Assembly (NCBI RefSeq): GCF_009914755.1
Contig: NC_060934.1
Source: the human T2T-CHM13v2.0 reference genome, Homo sapiens
Reading direction: 5' to 3' (one strand)
DNA: 64,000 nucleotides
The notes beneath the pieces are model-generated. The model ran no database searches, was not told the DNA's origin, and saw only the letters and a list, made by a program, of their open reading frames with translations. A program made the position numbers and the translations under genes. Below, piece by piece: positions 52,202 through 64,000 of this stretch (its first letter is position 1; each line of letters starts with the position of its first letter).

Positions 52202-52668
52202 CTGGAGAGGAGGAGGAAAGGTCAGGCCTGAGGATCCTGGGGTGCGGGGGGAGGCTCCCATGGCAGCCGAGTGCTCACTTTTCTCAGGTACTCAAGCAGT
52301 GCTTTAGGAAGCAGACGTCCTTGGGGTGGGCAGGAAGCTTGGCCAGTGTAAGGAGGGGGCATGCAGGAAGACCCCTCAGTGGATCTGGGCAGCCTGGCTG
52401 GGTGGAGGGTAACACAGGCTCCTTGTTCTCCTCAAGACAATGGTCAAGCTTTGTCAATGTGCCAGGCCTCCTAGGAGTGTGGCCTCATTTACTTCTTTTT
52501 GTTTGTTTATTTTATTTTTTGAGGCAGGGCCTCACTCTGTCACCCAAGCTGAGTGCAGTGGAGCAACCGTGGCTCACTGCAGTCTCAACTTCCTTTGCTC
52601 AAGCGATCCTCCCACCTCAGCCTCCTGAGTAGCTGGGACTACAGGCGTGAACCACCACACTCAGCTAA

Positions 52669-52845
<177 letters not shown>

Positions 52846-54396
52846 TGAGAAAACTGAGGCTCAGAGAAGTGACTGCCTAAGCTTACACAGCTTTAATATG
52901 TTACAGAGCTGGGAGTCAAACAAAAGCAGGTGTCTCTTGCTTCAAGTTCTCTCTCCGACTTTATGAAAACCACCAAAAACCTCTTTCCTCATTCTCTCTT
53001 GACGTGCCCAATAGGATGGGCATCCCTTTCTGGAGGTTCTGTAAACCTGAAGTCATAGTCTGACATGCAGGCCAGACAGACACACAATATCCTTATTGTG
53101 AACTGGAAAGCAGCAGGAGCTGTGGGGAAGGGCCAAATCTCGGGGCTCTATGGAGACTCCTCCACTTCTGGTGATGCAGCTGGGGTGAGTCCCCCACTCT
53201 CTGGGGTCCAGGCCCCAACCGTTATTTCCTATCTGGGCCTGGAGCCTCCCACCAGGGCCCCCTAGCCGGGACGGCTGTGCCCTGAAGGACCCCAGCTCTG
53301 ACCTCCTCAGTCTCTCACTCCCTCTCCTCAAGCTGCCACTGACTCCGAGGAGTGGGTCCAAGCCACATCTGATTCCCATCCTGAAACCCCCGGGAATAAG
53401 GAGCGCGGAATCGTCTCCTCCGCCAATTCTGAATAGGCCTCAAGGCCAGAGCTGGCCTCTCGGTACAGTCGGAGCAGGCTGCAGGCAGAGGCTGGGGCTG
53501 GAGAAACATTCAACAGGGCTACCTTGCTTCCCCCCACTCCCACTCTCCTCCTCCAGGGCCCCGGGACACTGCACACCAGGTCTCGGAGTCTCCTCTGCCA
53601 CAGGCTCTCCAGCTGGCTATGGTTGTGGGTGCAGCACAGCACACACCCCGCCCAGGCCAGTGGGGGCTAGTCACCATGCTATTTCCCAAGGAGGTGGATG
53701 AAGTGGGAATGAGAGAAGGAAGACATGGTGGGAATGAGAGAAGGCAGTAATGTTTGGGGCAATGAGAAATTGCAGTGCACAGAGTCAGTACACATGAGCG
53801 CCTGACAGGTTAAATGAAAATGTAATGAATAAAGGGCAGCTTACGATTTCAGCCAGAAATGAAGCACCCATCCTGAGCCAGTGGGCCCTGAAGCCAGAGA
53901 CTGCCATGTCCCCACTGCAAGCCCCAGGTGTATAGGTATGGCGGGGGAGCTGGCTGTGGCTGCTGGTATTGAGGTGGCCACCAGGCCTGAGGCCCCCGAC
54001 CTGGGGCTACCCTGCCCCTCAGCAGGGAAACAGTTACCCCAGTGGGCAGCTATGAGACTCTAAGACAGGGAAGCGCACACGGTGAGTCACTCAATCACTG
54101 AGAATCCTTGGAGAAGCTACTAGAACTTTCCTGCCTCAGCTCTACTACGTAACCCCAGGAAATGCAGAGGAAGCAGGGGCAGGAATGGTGCTATCTGAGC
54201 TCTGACCAACTCTACATAGCTAGAGGTGGCTACTAGAACCTTTTTCCCAAGAAGCAGCTCCCAAGCCTGGGCAACTTGGGCCCAAGGCCACTTCCTCCTG
54301 CTCCCTGCTTCCTGGGAAAGCTGTCTTGGTCCCTTACTCCCTGCCATGGACAGGAGATGAACACACCAAAATGCTAGGAAAGCAGGGCTGGCTTAC

Positions 54397-54542
54397 CTTT
54401 GAAGGCTTCAGTGGCACCAGGTGCGTGGTTCTTGTCTGGGTGGAATTTGAGGGCCAGTCTGCGGTAGGCCTTCTTCAGGTCCTCATCCGAGGCCCCTCTG
54501 CTCACCCCCAGGATCTCATAGTAATCTTTACATTGCTTGACC
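54397..54542 (-). CDS. DNAJB12: DNAJB12 coding exon 3, J-domain with HPD motif ([48 protein letters not shown]), 146 nt
   Basis: Canonical DnaJ signature. Acceptor ttccccAG, donor GTAAGC. Confidence 0.98.
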
Positions 54543-55980
54543 CTGGGGAAGGAGGAGACCATGGTACGGGGTGCTCTACATGGGTCTGTGTGAGGGGGGC
54601 GATGAACAGGCCGTGTGGGGCGCACAGCTCTGGGCAGGCTGCGGGGGACCAACAGGGCAAGGCTGACAGCTCCTTGGGTCAGCTGTGTGACACCAGGGAC
54701 AAGGGAGCCAAGTGGGCACCAAATGTGATGCAGAGCTGGGCAGGACCACGGGAAACAGAAGAACACCGTCTGGATTCTTGGATTTAGGAGGGCATCTGTG
54801 GGGTTCGCCAGGCCAGTATCTATCTTCCCCATGGGAAGAGCTCAGGAGGACTGTCGGTGTCCATCACCCAGGGTGGTGTCCCAAGCTCAGCCAACCGACT
54901 CTCCTGGCAATCTGAGTCTTTTTTTTTTTTTAATTTTTAAAAGTTTTTAAAATGTTAAATATTTAAAGATAGAGACAGGGTCTTCTAATTGCCCAGGCTG
55001 GTCTCAAACTCCTGGGCTCAAGGGATCCTCCTGTCTCAGCCCCCCAAAGTGCTAGGATGACAGGCATGAGCCACCATGCTCAGCCCAATCTGAGTCTTGA
55101 GTGGGTAACATGAAGGCCAGAAGTGGCAGGTGACTGTTCACCGCAAGCACAGGGCCTAAAGAGACCCTGGTTCTCTTTCACCAATTCTTCCTCTCCGCGT
55201 CCCTGGAGACCTCCTGGTTCTTGGCCGTTTCTAGGCCTTCCCAATCCCTCATACATCAGTTTCTATTGCCTACAATGGACCTTGCCGACTCAGTGAAGTA
55301 CAGATCTCGCCTACACTTTTATGGCAAACAGCAGTCATGCTCAGTCTCACACAGGCGGCCTTGGTCCTGAAGCTTGCCAGGAGCTGTGGCATGACCCTGG
55401 GGGATTCCCAAGGCCAGCTGCTGGGAGACCTGGGGAGAAATGGGAGCTGGGAACGTCTAAGCCTGAGGAGCCTTGGCTGGGTGGTCTCTGGCCTGGTAGC
55501 GAGCTACTCTGCGTGGGGCCTGCTCACAGCCGTGGGGCAATAACTCTGCCTCTGGTCTCCATTCTACCCCACACAGGCTCTGATCTAAAAGGGTCTTTGT
55601 TGGGTGCTGGGATGTGGGTTGGGGTAGAATCTGGAGGGGGAGACAAAGCTCCATCTCTATTGACAAACAGAGCTGTGTAAAGAGGCCTGGGGCCTGCCTG
55701 GCCAGCGGCAGAGGAAGCCGGCAGTGTCAGCTTTTCCAGCCTCTGCTGTGGGTCGTGGCGGGAGGGGTGGTGGAGCCCCAGTTCCCACACTGTATTCCTG
55801 GGCCTTGAGGGAAATAAGGAGAGGTCCTGGTGAGCCTGGACCCTTGGACCTTCTCCATCCTCCAAGACCCTCCCAGGGCCCTGTGCTGCCCACAGGCAGA
55901 TGGGAGGTGGAGGACATGCTCCAGGAAGCCTCTAGATTTCCCCAGTCTCCCCAGGCTCCAGCCCCTGCCCACCCATCTAC

Positions 55981-56158
55981 CTTTTCACAGCTGCAACCTG
56001 TTCTGCAGTGTAGCCTTTGGTGCTCTCTCCTCCAGCTTCACCGTTGGCCGAGGGGGCATCGGTCCCACCTGCTTTCCTGTGGGTGGCATGGGTTGTGTCT
56101 GTGGGTGGGGGTTGGTCACCGGCAGTCTGTGGTTTCTGGTTGAGGGACTCAATCAGGG
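55981..56158 (-). CDS. DNAJB12: DNAJB12 coding exon 2 (ALIESLNQKP...EQVAAVKR), 178 nt
   Basis: Translation matches human DNAJB12 as I recall it. Acceptor AG at 56159-56160, donor GT at 55979-55980. Splice phase fits exon 3. Confidence 0.97.
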
Positions 56159-56601
56159 CTGTGCAAGGCAAGGAAACCATTCAGAGCTCCTGCTCAAGCA
56201 GGCTGCGTGCCTCGCCGAGCGGCCCGCTGCTTCCCACTCACTTCCCCTCCCAGCAAAGCCACCAGCTCCTGCCCTGATTAGGCCTGTGGGTGCTGGGGGG
56301 ACAGTCATCTGCTCTCTTGAAAGCCATAGTCCTTAAGAGTAGGCAGGACAGGCCGGACGTGGTGGTTCACACCTGTAATCCCAGCATTTTGGGAGGCTGA
56401 GGCAGGCAGATCACCTGAGGTCAGGAGTTTGAGACCAGCCTGGCCAATGTGGTGAAATCCCGTCTGTACTAAAAATTAAAAAATTAGCCAGATGTGGTGG
56501 CGGGCGCCTGTAATTCCAGCTACTAGGGAGGCAGAGGTTGCAGTGAGCCAAGATGGTGCCACTGCAGTCCAGCCTGGGTGACAGAGTGAGACCCTGTCTC
56601 A

Positions 56602-56772
<171 letters not shown>

Positions 56773-57218
56773 TTAGCTGGAGATAGTGGTGGGCGCCTGT
56801 AATCCCAGCTACTCGAGAGACTTGAGAGGCTGAGGCATGAGAATTGCTTGAACCCAGGAGGTGGAGATTAGCAAGATTGTGCCACTGCACTCCAGCCTGG
56901 GCGACAGAGCAAGGATCTGTCTCAAAAAAAAAAAAAAAAAAAAAGTAGGCAGGATAGAGGTCTTTTTCGTTTTACATGAACAAAATTAATTTTGTTAATA
57001 AAAATTGACATAAAATTCTACATAATTCATGGATAAATCTGTAGTAATTGCTTTATTTTTCAGATAGTATACTTATACATATATCTCTTTTCTTAATAAA
57101 TTTAGGCAGAATTCTGATATTCTGATAGTCTTCCAAAAGCACACTTGGTTTTATTAATAAACCCTATAGTACTTTATTTAGAGTTATTTTTTTTTATTTG
57201 TTTGTTTATTTGAGATAG

Positions 57219-57800
<582 letters not shown>

Positions 57801-57946
57801 TAATACTACTTTAATTGCTATTTCTTTCAGTGTATTTGGTTTTACTCTGCTTTTTGCTTTTATGAATCCAACTTATGAATCCATTTTTTTCTACTGAACT
57901 CATTCAAATCTGCAAATATGTTTGCATTGCACCACATTTTGAATAA

Positions 57947-58318
<372 letters not shown>

Positions 58319-58726
58319 TAGTGAGTTTAACAGACTTGGCATGTTGAGTGCCAAGCTGGGAAAAGTACCCTGCAAAGGGGACCCCGCTTAGCAGGACCCT
58401 CTGTTTCAGGTGGGATCAGTCAGGAAGCCTTCCTGGAGGCCTTTGCTTAGCTGTAAAGAGGAATGGGGGAAATGAGTTTGCCCAAGGGGGACACAGATGG
58501 TAGGAGACCAAAAGAAGTATCTGCTGTGCTCACAACTTGCTATTTTTCACATTTTTCTAATGCAAGTGGTTGGCCATGCCAAATGTCCTCTTCAATGTCT
58601 GGAGTCTATACAGGACATTAACTATCACCCTCGGCAGCATCATGGCTATTGAAAACCAAGCCCGGCTGGGCGCTGTGGCTCACGCCTGTAATCCCAACAC
58701 TTTGGGAGGCCGAGGCGGGCGAATCA

Positions 58727-59139
<413 letters not shown>

Positions 59140-59142
59140 CTA

Positions 59143-59295
<153 letters not shown>

Positions 59296-61265
59296 TTAAA
59301 TGAGGAAGGGCCCAAGTCTCTGGCAGCAGGTCCCTGTGTCCATTTATTCCAGGCACGAAACCTCAGTCAGGCCTGGGCCCCAGCGCCCTGGGTAGTAAAA
59401 TCCTAAAGCCTCTGACAAGCTGACCAGCTGGGAAAACAGGCATCTGGATCACTGCAGGGACCCAGCATCCCTCTGTGCTAAGGAAGGACAGCAGCACATC
59501 CCAGCACATTCCTTCAAACACGCCAGGTGCCTGCTGGCCTGAAGACGCCATGCTGGGTGCCACACCCACCAGTGCGACCCACTGAGGTCTGACCCAACAG
59601 GCTGAGAGCCAGTCTCACTGGGAACAGAGTATGGGGCTCCAGTGGAGCACTGTGCCCTGGGCCACTGCTGCCGCACTCCGAGCTTGTGTGATCTTGCTGA
59701 GTCTTCAACTGGGAAATCCAAACACAGGAGCTCACAGCTGGGGTTGCTCTGAGTAAGGGAGGCGGGCTCCTGTAGCAAACCCTGAGAGGGTGCTTGGGGA
59801 GGAACAATAGCAACAATCATTTTTCTTACCCAGTGATGTGTGTCAGGTGGGTACTTTCACAGTGATCTGCATTAGCTCATTTAATTGTCACAGCAGCCTT
59901 AGAAGGAAGGTCTCATTACCTACCCCACCCCACTGTAGGAAGAGGGTACTGTGGCAGACTGCTGCCATGACCACACAGCTGGTTAGGAGGCAGAGGGGCC
60001 TTCGAACCCCAGGATGTCCAGCTCCAGGGTCCATGCTCTTAACTACGCTGCTATCCTGGGCTGCACGTGTCTGATGGGGTGGGGATCGGGGACAGGGATG
60101 CAAGCAAAAGCATAGAAGAGACATCAAATTCAGAAAGGCCCAGATTCAAATCTCAGCTCTGCCATTCCTAGCAGTGTGACCCTGGCTGATCTATGAAATC
60201 TCTCTGAACCCTGGTTTCGTCACGGTGGCGGAGGATGAAATGGGATAATGTGTGTAAGCACCTGTGCCGAGTCTGACAGAGAGTGAAGGTTCAAGGCTGA
60301 TGAAGTGTCTGGCCACAGAAGTGGGCTGGCCAGGGAAGTGAGGGAACCTGTGGTGGGGGCTGGGGAGGAGGAGGGCTGGGTAGCGGGGGAGCTCCAAGGC
60401 TCAGGAAGGCAAAGACTCAGCGCTCAGCAGACTCTGGAACCAGTAGTAACCATGAGATTTCAGGCCATCCCAGATACCAGGTCCATGCCAGCTACCAAGG
60501 GGATGGCAAGAGAAACCGAAAGATGAAGAGATATTGGTCAAGGCGGGGCAGGAGGAGGAGGCAGTATGCTGTTTCCTAGAGCTTTTCAAGAAGCTCTTTA
60601 TTATTTCAGTTCCTCTGGAAGTTCTGGTGGCCCAGGCTGAGCCTGGCAGATCCTAAGGGCAAAATAACCAGTTATTCAACTACCAGAGATGAGCAGGAGC
60701 ACTAGCCAGGAGATGGGACAGGCTCTCTCTTGTACCTCTCAGAGAAGATTCTGGAAGCTTTTCAGGGCAGTTACAGGGAATCAGCCACTCTAATTTCCCT
60801 ACAGTACAGAAAGAGAGCCCAAAGGAGAATGGGGGTGCCCTGGGTCACATAGAAGCTTTCTGCTTGAGTTGGAAATTAAAGATTTCCAGTTGCTGGCAAG
60901 TAGGGTCTCTCTTCTGGCCTGGGGGATGTGACAGCTTCATGCTTACATCCCTCATGGCACAGAGGCTGACAGGCAATGTCACAAAAAGAGACAGAACAGC
61001 TTAATGTTACCTTCTCAGTAAAGCTGGCAGACTTAGAAAAGGAAGGGAATTCGATAGAAGAGAACAGAGCTGCGGTGGAGAGGCACCTGAGGTAGAGCTG
61101 AGAGGATTTCTATGGCCAAAGCCACTGAACCCAGACTAGAGTTAGATTTGGCCGGGCAGTGGCTCACACCTGTCATCTCAGCACTTTAGGAGGCCAAGGC
61201 AGGAGAATGGATTGAGCTCAGGAGTTCGAGACCAGCCTTGGCAACACAGGAAGACCCTGTCTCTA

Positions 61266-61472
<207 letters not shown>

Positions 61473-62799
61473 TCAAACCTAGCTCTGCCATTTGCTAGAA
61501 GGGTCATCTTGGACAAGGTAACTTAGCTCATCTGTGCAAAACTCTATCTCCATCATACAGGCTAAAAGAGGAAATGAGTGAATGCCAGCAAAAAACTCAG
61601 CCCAATGCCCAGCAAATATACAGTGTTGTCTCTGACCGTGACTTTGTTAGTAAGTGAGTAGCTGAGTTTCTGGGCTCTGTGTACCTACGGTGCTCACAGT
61701 GAGTCAGAAAAGGGCCTGGGATTGGAGATGGACAGCTCTGGGTCTTTGCTGGCTAGCCATGTGGCCTTGCCAGGTTAGCTGGTTCCTGAGTGGAGAGACG
61801 ATCTCTGCTCTCATAGGAGTGCTCTGAGGGGTAAATAAGATTCTGTGAAATACAGTGAATGGAAGGGGGCTAAGTGCACAGTGGGGCTCATGAAGGTTGA
61901 CTGACTTGAAGGGTACAACCCCACCCCGGACCTCGCCAGCACCAGAACATCTCTCACTCCTGGACTCTGAATGCAGAATCCCTCAGCAATCCGTCTCCTT
62001 TTCCTGTGGGCTGGCCTTCCCAGCTTGGCCTTCATGACTTAGCCCAGAGTCAACCATTTCACAGAACATTGGATAGCCTGAGCTGCAAGGAACCTCAGGA
62101 TCATCCCAGCCAATCCTCTCTTTGTATGCTGGGGAAACTGAGGCCTACAAATGCTCTCGTGAGCTCCCTGGGAAATCTGGCACCTTCCACATTTGTTACA
62201 AAGCCTGAGTCAAAGCCAATGGCTTACCAGGCTGCCAGCTACTGGACAGAAACTCCCAGAAAGGGACTGACTGGCTCCACCATCTCTAGTCTGTGACCTC
62301 CCAGCTTAGGGCCCAGCTACTGCTTTGCAGTTTAACTCAGTGCCTCCTTGTCCCACCTCCTGCAGCAGGAGTTTCAAGCCCCCTCACATCCCTTTTTGCT
62401 GCAAAGGCCAACAGTGTGAGGTCCCTCATCCTTTCAAGGTTGCTCTGAGCCTCCCCTCTCTCGTGACTCTCCCCTCTCTGCCCTTCCACCTCTCCAAGAC
62501 CATCCTCTGCCCATGCTCTCGATCCTTCCCTTTTCAACTCTTAACTTGTCCTTTTCCCATGCAGTGCCTGCGGCATCACACAGGGCTGCTCACCACCTGC
62601 TGCCATTACCTCTCCATGGCTACCTGGCCGCTGCCCTCTCCGGGGACTGCCTTTTCCTGTTGCTCCATCTCAATCTGTTGCTTCCTCTGCCTTTGCCTGT
62701 GGGCTCAGGGCAGGTGTTGCCTGCCATTGTGCCTGCAGCAACTTTCTCTCCATGGTCTATACTTTCCCACAGTGACCTCAGCCATGCACAACTCCAGTG

Positions 62800-63860
62800 A
62801 GCTCCAGGGAACAGACGATACCACACTTTCACCTGTAACCTGGAGCGCTCTCCTGAGTTCCAGGCTGACAGCTCCTTTGGACTATCCCACTGGCACCTCC
62901 CACTCTGCTCATCTCTTCCCATCTCAGTTCTTCAGCCTGGTTTCTTCCTGGTCACAGGGGCTTCAATTCTGATTCCCCAGCATCCCATCTGATTCTCCTC
63001 TGCACCTCTCTCTCACACAGGCCTGGTGCCTCTTTTCCAGGGACCTTAGCCTTATCCATGACTGCCTTGTCCCAGGCCCTCAGAATATCCAACCAGCTCA
63101 AGGCAATTCTCTCCTATTGGCTTCCTGCCCTGAAGCTCTCTTCCCTCTCATTAACCTTTCATGCTGTTCTCTTTTAACAACAGTGCCCGTACTTTATTCC
63201 TGCTATCAAAAACCTCAATGGTTTCCTCACTAACTACAGAATAAGGTGAAAATATCTTGGCCTGGTAGAAAAGGATTTCTATGATCTGGCCCCATTTTAT
63301 TTCCCAAACTTAATCCTCTCTGTATACGAATTACCACCTCCACTGCCTCTAAATCTTGCTACACTTTGATCTCTTCCCCCAAACGTTACAACTTTCAGCT
63401 CCTTTGTCTTCTTCCAGGATGCCTTTCCTCAAGTCTCACACCGTCCTCCAAAGCACAATTCAAATGTTAACTCCTGTCATCCCCAAAGCATTCCCTCACT
63501 GTGAGATAACATTATTTTTATGCACTTGCTACAGCACTCACTAAACTGCTGATAATTTAATGTTCAGGAGATTGTCCTCCGCACCTCCTCCCCACCATCA
63601 GACTGTGAACCCATGGATGATGGGGCCTGATTTTTTCATGCCTGTCCTTAAGTCCTCAGCGTCTAACCTTGGGTTTATTTTTTGTTTAATTACAGTTCTG
63701 TCTTGTAATATTTGTTTCTGTAAGTTTTGTCTCTTTCACTAGATTATAAGCTCTTTTGAGGTGAGGGATCACATTTTACCAATCTTGCTAGCACCAAGCA
63801 GAGGACTTTGCAAACAAAACATAAATGATCTTCAACAAAAGTCTGCTGCATTGAATGAGC
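62800..63860. mobile_element. Degraded L2 LINE fragments in DNAJB12 intron 1
   Basis: Pyrimidine-rich L2-like motifs, e.g. ctagattataagctcttttgaggtgagggatcac and ttccaggatgcctttcct. Confidence 0.55.
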
Positions 63861-64000
63861 ATCTGGGATGAGCCTAAACCCAAAGCAATAGACCGCCACC
63901 TAATATATCTGTATTACTCCCCCTGGGGAGGCAGGTAGCCAGCCCAGTGGGTAGCCCTGCCCTCTATTTTTGAAGTAAGATCTTTCCCTGTCCCAGACCT

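Noticed and set aside
51499-52632. Longest ORF in the track (377 aa, plus strand)
   Set aside because: It is antisense to DNAJB12 exons 4-5, begins at TTG, runs into an Alu and has no recognisable domain. Best explained as a stop-poor shadow frame in GC-rich DNA.
53703-53744. 17-bp direct repeat GTGGGAATGAGAGAAGG, and a 15-bp tandem duplication at 24314-24343 inside an Alu
   Set aside because: Ordinary local slippage duplications with no further structure.
62325-62972. 215-aa Cys/Leu/Pro/Ser-rich ORF
   Set aside because: Arises from pyrimidine-rich intronic and L2-like sequence antisense to DNAJB12 intron 1, with a non-ATG start.

Overview
This is human (primate) genomic DNA, GC-rich and very Alu-dense (about 55 Alu copies or fragments by eye). 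The right third holds exons 2-9 of DNAJB12, the ER-membrane Hsp40 co-chaperone, on the minus strand. All seven coding exons have GT-AG boundaries and join in frame (995 nt of CDS); exon 1 lies beyond the right edge. From general knowledge, this places the window on chr10q22 with the stress gene DDIT4 just off the left edge, which the sequence itself cannot confirm. The left 43 kb has no recognisable coding gene. It contains two independent solo LTR12 (ERV9) elements, two orphan CpG islands, nested old transposons and microsatellites. I found no convincing new multi-gene system. The best leads are regulatory: (1) a splice-donor switch in DNAJB12 exon 8 that changes the C-terminus and moves a miR-148/152 8-mer site from 62 nt to 2 nt behind the stop codon; (2) a 19/20 zero-spacer p53-family element beside an orphan CpG island carrying an RFX X-box and CCAAT box; (3) a 60-nt pre-miRNA-sized hairpin formed by inverted duplication of a MIR tail; (4) two same-orientation LTR12 promoters that both lack a canonical poly(A) signal. 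Exon, LTR12 and motif coordinates were counted directly. Other repeat boundaries and subfamily names are approximate.
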